Shown here: one piece after another, positions 37,891 to 50,105 of the stretch
How positions within the stretch are numbered: the first letter of the stretch is position 1
Layout: each line of letters begins with the position of its first letter
Assembly: GCA_010909165.1 (NCBI GenBank)
Contig: MU008156.1
Coordinates: 248,001 to 312,000 of the forward strand
Origin: Anthoceros angustus
Lineage: Eukaryota; Plantae; Anthocerotophyta
Reading direction: 5' to 3'
Length of the DNA stretch: 64,000 nucleotides
The notes under the pieces: generated by a model
Told to the model about the DNA's origin: nothing
What the model saw: the letters and a program-made list of their open reading frames with translations, nothing else
Database searches by the model: none
Made by a program: the position numbers and the translations under genes

Positions 37891-39169
37891 CAACGCAATT
37901 CTTAACGACCAAGAGTGCTGCACAAAGAGAATATCATCATTTCGTGAGAATCGATATCAAACTCATTCATGGGCTATTTCTTCTCGCAAAGAGATCCAAG
38001 ACCACCGCGCTTCAACACTTCCCACATGAAGCACGGCCCGCCACAAAGCCACAAACCACCGGATTGTCGGGTGGGGGTGATTTCCTCCGCCGTGGCCGAT
38101 GCCGTCGCCCGCCACCACCATGGCGGACGTGCCACTCGCGTCGATCGGGAGCCGAGCGTGGGCCGCGCCCCACGCACGGCCAAACCTTCACGCCCCGTTG
38201 TTCACCTCCGGTGTACACGCGATTCCGACGTTTGGAACTTCAAGGAGAGCGGCACTGGAGCCGCTGCTCATGATCCATCGACTTCCCGCCTTGTTCATCC
38301 TGCTCGATCTCGACTTCTCATCCTGTGCCATGGCGACCGATCGATTCGACTGGGACTCGGCGTCATGCACGACGGGCGAAACGCTTATTGCCGACGATGT
38401 CTTGCACGCCGGCGCCGGGGAGGGCTGTGCGCCCCGGATGATGCTCCGCGCGGGCGAATCGTGTCAGCTCGCCCCAAGGCTTCCGCACAATAAATTTGGA
38501 ACGATACAGCAAGATTAGCATCGCCCAAGAAGGACCAGCAAGGATGACTTCACAAATGCACGTGGTGGCATCACAAATCCATGATCAAAATCAAGAAACC
38601 GTAACCGAGAGTTCGGTGGCGAGATCACCTCGGGAGGATCTCGATCGTAAAGAGAGCGCCGAGGATGCAAGAACCTCCCGAGACGCCAGGATGACGATGC
38701 GGTGTAAGATCTTGGCGAGTACTGGAATTTTGTGTAGCGGCGACACCCATGCCGAACCTTTTGCAATCAATAGCACCAAAAACAGTGAGCTTGACGTGAT
38801 GGGCGGTGGCGCTGGTTTAGGGTGGCGATTGTTTATATCTGAAGTTTTAGGGTTCTAGATGGTTCGCGTGGTGTCAACGTGGCTCGATTCAGGCAGTGTT
38901 ACGCCACGCTTTGGGGTTCGGACATTAGGTTTGGTGGAGGTAGGCTAGGTTTGGTGAAGGTAAGCTAGGTTTGGAACTTGGAAACTAGGTTTGGGTGAGG
39001 AGGCGGCGGCGAATCTAATCGCGAACCTAGATATGTTTGGACCGGCTCGGTATTTTAGGTTCGAGAAATTCAAATGTGGTTTGGTAGAGAGAGAATGGAG
39101 GCGCCAACAGAGTGAGAACGGCTAGGGTTTGCTGGCCTTATATAAGCGGCTTGTCTGGAGATAGATGTC

Positions 39170-39600
39170 TTTCCTCATGCTGTCTTTTCGTAGGCTTAGG
39201 TGCTGCGCTCTTGCTCCGAAGGCATAGGTCTTTATGCATGCTGGCTTTTCGAAGGCGAAGGTCTGCGCTCTTGCTCAAGGCATAGGTCTTTATGCATCTT
39301 TGGCTTTTGAAGGCCAAGGTCTGCGCTATGCTCTAAAGGCATAGGTCTTTTGTTTACGTCAAGGTTCTTTTATGCCGTGTTCGAAGGCTATGGCCTTGTC
39401 CACTCTTTTCGAAGGCCAAGGTTCTTTTAGCGTCGCCTCGAAGGCTAAGGCCTTTCTCCAGCTTTTGTTCAAGGCCAAGGTCTATTCTATGCTCTGTTTG
39501 AAGGCCCTTTGTTGTTTTGTTGCTCCGTTTTGAATGCTCATTACGAAGGCCATGGTGCACAGTCGTTTAAGAAATGACCGGGGTAAGCCTTCGAAAGCAA
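39170..39600. repeat. Degenerate tandem array of GAAGGC(A/C/T)(A/T)AGGTCT-containing units (about 25-35 bp subunits, about 58-bp higher-order period)
   Basis: Directly visible. Confidence 0.75.
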
Positions 39601-40849
39601 AGCTTAGCTTAGCGATCGAGCTTCTGCGTTTGAGCAATGCTATTGCCTAGGGTGGTTGCATGCTCGTGTTTCTTAACACGAATCGTATGTGCGTCTTTGT
39701 GTCCTTTGTTTTGTTTGTAGGAAAGATGGTATCATGTTCTTTGATGGTCTTTTGTTTGTTGGTTGCTTCCTTGTTTTGTTTGGTCCGTGCTTGGACTTCT
39801 TGTGTTCGACCGTTGCGGTTCCTTCACCTTGTTTTATGCAAGTTATATTGCTAGACCACTTTGGTCTGACTTATCAATCATACGTTTGTTACGTTCTTGT
39901 CTCACGATGTTGTTGCGATCTATGCGAGTAATCACCGGAAGTATTGGACGAATATCCGCATGTTTGGTGCAACGCCGTTATCTTCGATACCTTGTTGTGT
40001 TGATTGTCATTTTGTCTTATGGTGGTTTACCGTCATCTTGTTGTGTCCAGTTATCGCGCTTTTTATGTTAGCCGTTTTTATTTCTTCTTATATGATAGCT
40101 ATTTTATGTCCATTTTCATCGCCTTTCAGCTCGTTAAGGCTGGCCCCTTTTTGTGTGGTATGGTTGGTCCTTCCATGAGTGATAATTGTTTTCGTTTTTC
40201 CTTGATCTAATGCTTATCCGTATGTTTTACATCGCCTTGAGTCAACGCTTCGTAGTCTTCCTCAAGACAAGGGTAGTTGCATACGTCGGTGGACGCCGCA
40301 TGTTCGGTGCAAGTGTGAGTTATCTGCGATACCGTTGTCCGATCGTTTTTTCTATTGTGGATTACTGTCTTGTTGTTTCGGGCTATCTGTGTATGTTAGC
40401 CCGTTGTTTGTTTCTACTATGACGCCTATCTAACCTCATTTTTCTATCTTTCAAGCTTTGGTTGAGGCTGGCCCCTTTTAGAAGGTATGGTATCCGTCAC
40501 TTTAGTTAGTAGTCACCCTTTTATGGGTGTCCCTAGTAATGTCTAATTATTGGTTTGGTGCTAATTTACGTTTCGCTTTTAGGTTTTATTGTGGTTGAAG
40601 CGAGTTCAATCTATTCGTATTTACTTTGCATTACTTGAATTTGTATTTCATGCCATTCTGGATATACAAGAAACTCTGCAAAGAAAACGTTTCTTTGTTG
40701 GTTTTTTGTATATGCTGGATCCATGAATATTACTTAATGAAAAATGTTTTTGCTAGATTAGCGATTTTGGTGGGATTTCTAGAATTAGCTTCTACTAGAG
40801 TACTGTATTCACTTGGTGGTCATTTTTTTACCCTATTGCTCGCTTGCAA

Positions 40850-40975
40850 CATTGATGGTGGATTATTTTCACCCCATCCGGCATGTTTTTAACATTGAAG
40901 GTGGATTATTTTCACCCCATCCGCATGTTTTTAACATTGAAGGTGGATTATTTTCACCCCATCGGCATGTTTTTC
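40850..40975. repeat. 42-43 bp tandem repeat x3
   Basis: TTGAAGGTGGATTATTTTCACCCCATCCGGCATGTTTTTAACA units. Confidence 0.9.
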
Positions 40976-41059
40976 ACTGTAATAAATTTTACTATATTGA
41001 GTAAAACAATGACCAAAAGGTCATTTCTCTCTAGAAATCCACCTCCACCCCGAAAAAAA

Positions 41060-43144
41060 CCAACCGGGTGCGTCGAGGCCCAGCAGGCGCGACTTTACGT
41101 AAAGGCGCATGCTACGATTGAGGAGCTCGAATGAAATTTGAGTCGAGGGAATAGATGGAGCAAGGCGCCTGGAGAAGTTCAAGAAGCTAGCAGAGAGGTG
41201 TAAGCAGGAGAGAGATGAGGCTAGGGCCAGGGTCAAGAGAGAGACGGACAAGCCAAAGAAGGGCAGAGTGTCAGCCACCGCAGTGGCTGAAATAGCCACC
41301 ATTGGGGAAGCAGCCACCACGGTGGCTAAAACGGCCACCGTCGCGGAAGAAAGACCCGAGGTGGGGGAAGCCACCGTGGTGGTCAGGAGCACTGTAGGAG
41401 GGGATGTAGCTTCCCCGGATTCCAAGGAGCAGCCGGTCCAAAATTTTCCATGGGCGGAGAGGGTAAGGACCTCTTTAGCAGAAGGGCGTATTGTGTTGCG
41501 GCGTCTGGATGAGGATGCTCATGTCACAGCCACACTGCATGGTGAGCGGTGCTCACTCTAAATGTGTATGTGATTGTTGGGACGGAGGCGAAACTCACAT
41601 CCAACCGCCAGCTCCTACCAGTGGTTCCTTGAATGGGAGCCGAGGCATACCCTCCAGTTATGCTCGAGAAGATGGCGGGCGGAAGCGGGCGTGGAGGAGG
41701 AAACGCGTTGTGTGGCTGTCCAATGATGAGGAGCAAGGCAACATGCGGCGGGGCGATGGGCAGGTGGCACCTCACGGAAGGAGTGAAGGGACCTCGGATA
41801 GCGGAGTGAGGTGGAGGTATTAAGGGAGAATCTTTCGGATCGGGCGTGGTAGGAGGCGGGGAACACCCATGGGCGCGGGCTAAGCGGCTCGAGGCCGGTG
41901 GATTTTAGAGGGGAGCGGCATCATAGGTCAGGGGCTTTCACTCGGATTAGGGGATAAGGTGCTAGGAAAGCCTGTGAATCTGTAGTTACCTGAATTGGTA
42001 GGTGCGCTCGTGGTAGGTTAGCCATTTTTTTGAGACACTGGGGAAAAGTGAGTTATGGGGTTCCGCAGCCGGATGTACAAGAGACCCCTTCACGTCTCTC
42101 TTGTTAGACAATTTTAGGTGTGAGCTCCCGTGTGCCGAATTTGCGCGCGAGGTTGATGGGAGACGTCTGATCAATAGCAATTTGGTTTGGTGTCGCCTTC
42201 TCGTCACAAGAGGGCTGGGAGATCCTTGGATGGTCAATGGTGACCAAGCTCCGCCTGGGCGACTAACGGTGAGGCGCTCGCATCTTGGGAAGAGGAAGAT
42301 TTTCGCGGGGGAGGTGAGATCGCGGTGCGAATCGCCTTGGTGCTAACCAATTTATTTTTCGTTCCTTCTGTTTGTCGACCACATTGTGTCTAATTCAAGG
42401 TGTATGTCATGTGGCTGAGGGGGTCTGTGGCCCAAGGTGAGGTCTCAATGGCGGAGGGGGTCTGTGTGGCCCAAGGTGAGTCTGTGTGGCACGAGGGAGG
42501 TGCAGTGGCCTAAGAGAGAGGGATTGGTGAGAACATTTTGCGTGTGGTGGTGTCGAGGTCTGGAAGAAAGTGGGTGAGTGAGTCGATGTGTGAAGAGGAG
42601 TCTGAGCTATGAGATAATAGGAAGTGGTGAGCGCAAGGGTCTGGAAAACGCAGAATATAAATTGTGGTGGGGTTAGAGGAAAAGCAGGCGGAGTGAGGTG
42701 CAAGGTGCGTGGCCATGGTGTGCATCCACCAATGACCTCTGGGTGTGAATCCACATGAGTGTGAATCCACATGAGTGTGACCTGGTGTATATGTGAATCT
42801 GTGTGCATAGGACTATAAACCTTAACAGGCATGGCAGGGGAGCCGGGCGCCAAATAGTCGATCACGACGCGCGCGCGCCGGTCGGGTGGGTCCCACCACA
42901 GTGACTAAATCAGCCACCGCGGTGGCCAAACCCACCACGGTAATGGCCGAACTTACCACGGTGGTAGACTCGGCATGGTAGTTGATTGCAGCTGGGTAGG
43001 AATTGATTTGTAGGAGGACTAGAATTCATAGTTTTAGAACATCTTGATACAAAACCATTCCCTTGGAGCGAATCCTAGGACTATAACGACATAGGCGGTG
43101 AATGTGGGCCTCTTGTGTCCCTAGACGCAAACTTTTACTCCACA
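41060..43144 (+). mobile_element. 3' end of a diverged gypsy relative: C-terminal half of the accessory ORF plus a 3' LTR ending ...ACTCCACA at 43144, abutting a copia element
   Basis: The reverse complement of 43040-43144 matches the main LTR terminus (TGTGGAG...CCACATTCACC..TGTCGTT.TAG..TAGGATTCGCTCC(C)AAGGGAATGGTTT); the peptides DEARARVKR and LRRLDEDAHVTATLHGERVLTLNVYVIV match the main element's accessory ORF. Confidence 0.75.
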
Positions 43145-43635
43145 AGTGTACACGGGGTGCCGTGAAGATGTAGAGATCACTTGAGCTGCCTCTGGCTACA
43201 ACTTGCCTTGGCTGAGAGGAACGATAGAGGAAGCAATCCTCACGTCCAAACTCCAGCCGAAAAGCTCCATCAAGCAAAAGTTGGTGAACGGAAATCAAAT
43301 TCTTAGCCATCTGTGGGACGTAGAGCACATTATTTAGCACAAGGGAGGAACCATCCTAGGACTATAACGACATAGAGGGTGAATGTGGGCCTCCTTGTGT
43401 CCCTAGACGCAAACTTTTACTCCACAAGTGTACACAGGGGTGCGTGAAGATGTAGAGATCACTTGGCTGCCTCTAGCTACAACTTGCCTTGGCTGAGAGG
43501 AACGATAGAGGAAGCAATCCTCACGTCCAAACTCCAGCCGAAAAGCTCCATCAAGCAAAAGTTGGTGAACGGAAATCAAATTCTTAGCCATCTGTGGGAC
43601 GTAGAGCACATTATTTAGCACAAGAGAGGAACCAT
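43075..43635. repeat. Head-to-tail duplication, unit about 285 bp, spanning the gypsy-LTR/copia junction
   Basis: 43075-43355 repeats at 43358-43635. Confidence 0.9.
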
Positions 43636-44900
43636 CCTCCAATGTGAATGTCATGGAACCAACTCTAGCAATAGCAAGGCCAGAGTCATCTCCCAACAGC
43701 ACAAAATGTTGAGTGTCAGTTGTCGCCGTGTAGGAAGTAAACAGGTGCTTGGAGCTGCAAATATGGGCAGTGGCCGCGGAGTCCAGCAACCATGAACTCT
43801 GAAGTACCAAGCACACGGTTAATGCAACCTCAACTTGGAGACAACAGCTGTATTAGTTGTTTTGATCTCACGCTTGGCCTCACTAGCCTGCTTCTTCCTG
43901 CACTCCCGCTCCCAGTCCCGAGTGTCTGACACCAATTGCACGTCCCTTGACGTTTTACAGGCTTGGAAGAGGAAGGGGCAGAAGGAGCAGCCTTGGATGT
44001 GCCGGAGTTGTTGTTTCTCCGAGGGTTGTTCCCTCTCTTCTGTTGTTGATTTTGTGACCGCCCACAAGTCACAAACATCACTCGCTCTCCACCGTGTTTA
44101 GATGTGCCGGAGTTGTAGCGGGATGCCTCCTCCTGAAGGAGTGCGCCAACAAGCTCGGACACTGTTAGGGTGGATTGTCTACCAACCGCCACTGCTCGTT
44201 GTGAAGTCCACCTTGTTGGTTTTGGGAAGAGATGAACGACTGATAACTAGCCGGAAGGCTAGCCAGAAGCTGGACAACAACATCAAATTCAGACATTGTA
44301 GTCCCGAGCGCAGCCAATTGTGCTCGAAGGTACCTGAATCGGCTCACGTGTTGGGCAACACTATCACCTTGTTGCATCCGAAGATTGTAGAACTCTTTAC
44401 GGATGGTGACCAAGGTCATCACATTTGTTGACTGATAGATGTCATGGATCTGCTTCCAGGCCTTTGCTGAAGTTGTCGCACCATCGGTGTGATGAAGGGT
44501 GGTTTCGTCAAGGCCAGAAACCAGCATTTGCATGGCTTGACGATCCAACTTGAGCCACGCATCCACCACTGACTGCGGTGCAATAGGCTTTGGGGAAATA
44601 CCCTCCACCAGTGGGAGAAGATCGCGCCTGTTGAGAGCCGTCTTCATCCATCGCCAGGCGCGATTCTGACGCAGTCCTTCCCCCCACGGCTCAAGGGCGC
44701 TTGAGCTTTGCCCGGGGTTCATCCTTCTACCAAATCGAAGACAAATCTCATATTTGGTTCCGTTGAACCTATCTCTCTCTTTGAAGTTCGTAGTCTGAGA
44801 CGTTCATAACATTAATTACATGAGCTAGAGATGGCGGAGGTGGCGGTGGTGGTGGGGTGCCTCCTAACATGGTCAAATCCTTGGCTCCACAATTGTGTAA
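43145..44900 (-). mobile_element. Ty1/copia gag, Zn knuckle and protease, interrupted after the protease
   Basis: UBN2-type gag (AKAWKQIHDIYQS..EFYNLRMQQGDSVAQHVSRF..LLASLPASY), CNWCQTLGHWEREC knuckle, WLLDSAATAHIC protease, VLNNVLYVPQMAKNLISVHQL. Confidence 0.93.
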
Positions 44901-45419
44901 ACGAGTAGCAGTGTGTTGTGATACAAGGCTCAGAACAATACAAATGTAGTGTAAGCAAAAGATTTTATCAGGAGAGTTCAAAGCAAATACACTCACACCA
45001 GCCACCTACAACGCATCAGCCGGATCCTGTGCTCCAAGATTGTTTTCCATAACACCCGCCCTATCAAAGCTTGACTCAATTCGCCGAACAGTTTCAGCAA
45101 CATTCACGAGATTAGTGCTGATGTGAGTGATCGACTGCCAGAGATTTTGATAGTCTCTAGGCTTGGGCCTCGTTGCACTTGAACTCCTTGTAGGCAGCTT
45201 GAAAGTCTCAAAGTAGGAGAGGATGATCTTGGTTCTTCATATGCACGGCGGCGTGTATTGACGATGACCTAGTGTTGAAGTCATGTGTAGGAGGCACACT
45301 TCGCATAGCCAAGAGCCGTCGGAGTTGAGAAGGATCGCCACCAAAATCGCCACTAATTTCTGCTGGAAAAGAGCCCGAAAAACAATTAACAGGAGCGAAA
45401 GAAAAAGAATTAGGGGCCC

Positions 45420-46510
45420 CGTTCGAGGTAACGGGTGACACCCATTCGGAGCAGGCACGCCGTTACAGCCGAGCAGGTGGTCACAACGGGTGGCACCCGT
45501 TCGGGGGCGCCCATTATCCAACTTAAGTTGGATAACGGTTCGCCGGCGGGCGCGACCGCCCGCGCGGGCGAACCGCTAAGCCCACGCGAGCGCACGCCTC
45601 CCATCGTGGAGCGCTACACCTCCGAGGTTGACGAGGATGGCGGCAGGTGGGGAGATCGGAGCAGGCGCGCCTCCCTGGTCGACGGCGACTCCAGCAAATG
45701 GGGCGCCCTGGGGGCTTGATGAAGAATTTTGACGAGAATCAGGCCGAGATTGAGACAAAGAATCAGATCTTCTCCATCGTTCTTGTGCTTGCCGATGTTG
45801 ATGGTTCAATCACACTCCTGAGTGATCTGATGCCGTCTCCGACTGATGAAGATGGACTCATGATGGTGGAGACCACCCTTGATCTTGCAAGGCATGGATG
45901 AGGGCATCTACCCAATTCTCGCCAAACATCTCGTAATGGCGAGGTGCCTCAGTGAAGCCAAATCCTCAAGTAATTCTCCGTTGATTGGCGCGCCCATGAG
46001 ATCGCTCCTTATCCTCTCGATCGCTGAAAATAGAGACAATAAAATTTAATTTCTGTAAATATAGAAAATCTAAATTCATTGTGAGGCTTGGGTAAGCTCT
46101 TCTATTAAGTCGCATGAAAGCGACGACAGGGACCTCATCGTAGCTGCAATTTGTGGTCATTTAGAACCAATCTGCTATCCAAAACAACATATCAATTGCT
46201 TCTAACCACGAGCGAGCAACTAGAGCTTCAAATGTCCATGGCTCACCTAGGTAATGATACGTGCAAAGTCTAGCCATTGAACCTAGAGACCATGGTAGGA
46301 GCCTAAGCTCTGATACCACGTTAGAATTGCATGCGGAAGCGTCTTAAGCAAAGATGCTATATTAACAATGAATCAAGTGTGTTCATAGGTGGGCTTTTCC
46401 GGTGGTCGTAAGGGGTGTCCTTTCGGCCTAGCTAACTACCTATAATAAGCCAGTCTAGGTGACTAACCATATTGATGCAACCAAGCGTGGTGCTGCTATT
46501 ATTTCTAACT
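45420..46510 (-). mobile_element. LTR remnant with tRNA-iMet PBS (TGGTATCAGAGC, 46307-46318) and degenerate downstream internal sequence
   Basis: Canonical PBS on the minus strand, preceded by an LTR-like stretch with the ACGCTTCCGC motif; downstream ORFs are broken and the family is unassigned. Confidence 0.6.
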
Positions 46511-47739
46511 CATACTCCCGGACATCCACAGGCATCCAAAAAGCCTTCATACGAGAATGCTAGCCTTCATAGAAGTTTTTCCATCAAAAGCGATCCGTTC
46601 TTTGAAATCCCTCGAAATAACTTGAAGAGGCGGCGGATCCATTAGTCATGATGTTGACCACGGCATGTGCCTACCATAGTCGTTATAATTAAATGAGGGA
46701 AGAATAGCTGCTCAACCGGTGTGCAAAGTCATCATTGGGTCGAAGATATCATCTACAATGTATGTCCCGAGATTATAGAAACTAGTGCGAAAAGTCATCG
46801 CCATCGAGCCGCCAAACATTAATGTCCCCTACTATAGTCAAAGAACGCTTCACTTCTTGACGAACTCAACTTATAACCGTTTTTCCATGTGCCCACTGAA
46901 AAGTTTGAGGAAGAGAACCCAAACGTCGAGCAACGACGCACCTCTTCCTCTAGATGTCACAATCCAGGCCAAGTGTCGAAGAATCCCAGATTAGAGACGA
47001 AGCAAGAGCAGCGCCTCGTGCAGGTCTTGGCGCTCCTCTACCGGTTCAGACCGGAGGCTCAGTGTCGGGTCACGAGCTTGAGGCTTCTCTCGTAAGGAAG
47101 AAGGGCTTCAAGAAATCCGAGCGTGGTTGAACACCCAATTGTCGGCTTAAGCGCTCAAGCCTCGTGAGGCCAATCAATTGGCCCTCCACACTCTCAATTG
47201 TTTGCCCAATTCCAAGAAATGGGATGAGTGCGAATGAAGACGCGATTAGCGCCTCAAAGGTCTCCAATCTCAAGATAAGTAGCTCTCCACTTTGCCGGAA
47301 GTTTTGCCTTGACTCCCAGTTAATTGCTCGTGAATGATGACTGATTGTCCAGGATCAGGTATCTTCTCCACTGTAGTATAAGTTGTCTGCGAGTGTGGGG
47401 AAGACCACCCACGGTGGAAATTCAGCCACGCATTTGATGACCCTCAGTCAACCAACTCAATGTGGGCGGATATACATAGTCGGGCCTTCTCCCATGTCTC
47501 CTAGTCATTGCATCAAAGCGAAAAGTACACATGAAGTGTTACCATGCCTAGCTAGGATCACTATGCATCATCGATGATGAGAATTTGAATAGGCCCATCG
47601 ACATCTAGGAGGGCTTTGATGCCATGCTAATAATTGTGGAAGGGTGCAAGAGCAAAAAACTTGTAGAAACAAAGTTGCTAATAATTTCTTGTTTTGCACT
47701 AAGTTCGAGTTTGGTCTATGCGGATGAAGGCTGACTCAA

Positions 47740-48090
47740 CACGCTTGAAATTGCTTGGAGTTGTCGATAGTACTCTTCAACATCCTGCGTCCTTCTCACG
47801 CCTATGACCATTGGCTCAACAAGACAAGCGAGGCCATGCATGCTCGTTTCGGGCCTCTCTGAAGTCACCCTCCATCATATTGATGGGCGTCCACCTTGCA
47901 AAAGCTTGGAAGCAAATCACGAACATATATCAATCCACCAGCGTAATGACATTGCTCACGATTCATAATGAGTTTTATTCTTTAAGGAGATAGCCCTTGG
48001 CGGTGTTGCTACTCACGTGAGCAAGTTCAGTTATTTGCGTGCCCGACTTCTTTCGCTTTGGGGATGCCATTAACGAGTTTGAAGCTTGAT
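47740..48090 (+). mobile_element. Copia gag fragment (paralog of 44165-44722, opposite orientation)
   Basis: AKAWKQITNIYQSTSVMTLLTIHNEFYSLR versus AKAWKQIHDIYQSTNVMTLVTIRKEFYNLR. Confidence 0.8.
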
Positions 48091-50037
48091 TGCAAAACAT
48101 GATAATTTTTGAAGGGGGATATAGTAACCTTGATTGAAACAACACCCTTGTCATTTACACCCTTCCTGCGATAGCATATCTGCCAAGCTTTGATAATGGG
48201 CACACCCTTTTTGAGTCCATACCTTAAATAAAAGAGGCACTTTCAATTCTACACCCCATAACTAAAGCACTGTAGGGCGCGGGCCCGTCTACTTTTTTGT
48301 AGAATGCACAGTGGGCTGCCGTTTGCATTTGTTTATTATAACCGAAAACATTTACTTTTCAAGCGGTGGAACACAATAAAAATCATGCCCGTACTAGCAA
48401 GAGTCTCATTTCAGTATTCTTGAAAACCTTGCAACAAACAACTGCTAAAGGAGGAAGTGGTCATCAGCATCAACAATAGTCATTCAAAAGGGCAGCCTAG
48501 TGACTGTCCATGCCTTGCGCCGATCTTGAGTTAAGGACCACCACCAAATTCAAGGTGGTCCATATCCTCAGCGTCAAAAGGCTCATTCTCCTCAATGCTT
48601 ACTTGTATTCATTAGTATAATTCTTGGTGAGCTTGACGGTGTCGATTGCCACACAACATTTAGTGTCTATCGACCCTCATCCAAAAGCTGCAATCGTGGT
48701 CTTCAACCTTCGGCACTCAATGCAACCACTTGGGCTTTAATGCAATGAGCATCCTTAAAATGAACAAAGTTGGTTGCCCATGCGCCCATGCAAGAGTCCT
48801 TAAAATCAATAAGGTTGTGTTACTAATGTGGTAGAAGTCTCAAACTCAAGACCTACTATTTACTATACTTTTTTCCAACCACTTGAGCAACTATCCCAAA
48901 TTACGAAAATCTTGAACCGCTAAATATTTATTTTATAAAAGGCAGCCTATGAGGAGGATGGCCGGTGCCCATGGGCGAAGCGTCTTTGGGAGGCGCCCGG
49001 CGACCATGGGCAAGGCGTCTTGGGGAGGGTGCCGACTGGCGGCGCCCTCTTAGCACGCACCATGCGGGTGAAGCTAGGGAGATAAAGAGGCAGCGGTATC
49101 CTATTCTTGGCCGGGTGTGGCCCATTTGCGGGAAGGGTTAAAAGATTTGCGATAGGTGGCTGAGAGTAGAAGTGGTGGAAGCCTTTTGGGTGGACCAGGA
49201 AGATTCTTGTCATTGTAAAGAATAACATCGGGCTAGTGCTAGAGCATCCTTGGAAGTGGTTTTCACGCAGTGGATCATACGACCACTTCAAGTGCGGATG
49301 AAGCTTTCTTGGATGAGGCATTATTAAGGACCTCCACAGGTGATATGTATTTGGGGCATATCAAAATGCGAAGGCAATAAGCGGAATGGCGCGGATGAAT
49401 GGGGACATAACGAAATCCGGAAGGGATGTTTACAGCGGTGCCGTGCACTCTGAGACCGCGTAACAAGCCATTACGGATTGGGGAGGTCATTGGCCAGCCT
49501 AGATGCACCACGACCTCACTTTCTTATCCACTTTGGTATCGGAGCAGCACGGATGCGTCTGAAGGAGATATTCTGAGAATACATAGTCGTCAGTGCCAAC
49601 CCATCGGTTTGATGCAGGAGAAAAGCAAATAAGGTCCATTGCAAAAACATTCGGAGGTGTTTGTAGATGAAACAATCATCCTGTATTATGGGTTTGTGTT
49701 GAGCGTCGAAACATTTGTATGCGGTGGACAAAAAGCGATAAGGGATAAGCTGCGAGTTAGCGTGGCTTCATCTGACTGCGAGTCAAAGTGCCGAAGATAG
49801 TGATGACAATCTTTGGAGAAAATTTGGACCAAGTGATGAAGGATTGAACTACGGGGATGGTGAAACTCAAATCACGGTTTGTCCCAGTCCCATAGTAGAA
49901 AATTATACGTTTGGTTCAGGATGTTATCGTGTTTTGAAAATACCATCAAGTGGCTTTTGTTGTGTCCTTACTAAATCACATTTTCCTTCAAAGCGAATTC
50001 TGATTTGTCCTTCCCGATGAAGCTTCCTTACAGTCCC

Positions 50038-50105
50038 GGTTGCATTAATCCCATAGGTTCGAGTTTGCATTAATCCCATAGGTTCGAGTTTGCATTAATC
50101 CCACC
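50038..50105. repeat. 25-bp tandem repeat (GTTTGCATTAATCCCATAGGTTCGA) x2.7; also at about 53025-53090
   Basis: Directly visible. Confidence 0.9.

Noticed and set aside
33150-43144. Idea that 33-35 kb and 41-43 kb are two halves of one interrupted gypsy element
   Set aside because: Both appear to contain the QQxxL coiled-coil segment, and the 35.3-kb copy runs into its own T-rich tail, so they look like separate elements.
45370-45420. LRR-like peptide NCFSGSFPAEI
   Set aside because: Single occurrence, wrong LxLxxN spacing and no neighbouring repeats.
49340-49900. Possible hAT transposase fragment (KHWEVFVDETIIHYGFVLSARKH), also at 52310-52840
   Set aside because: Only a vague resemblance to the KYW...AAxLDPR region; no catalytic or dimerisation motif could be confirmed.
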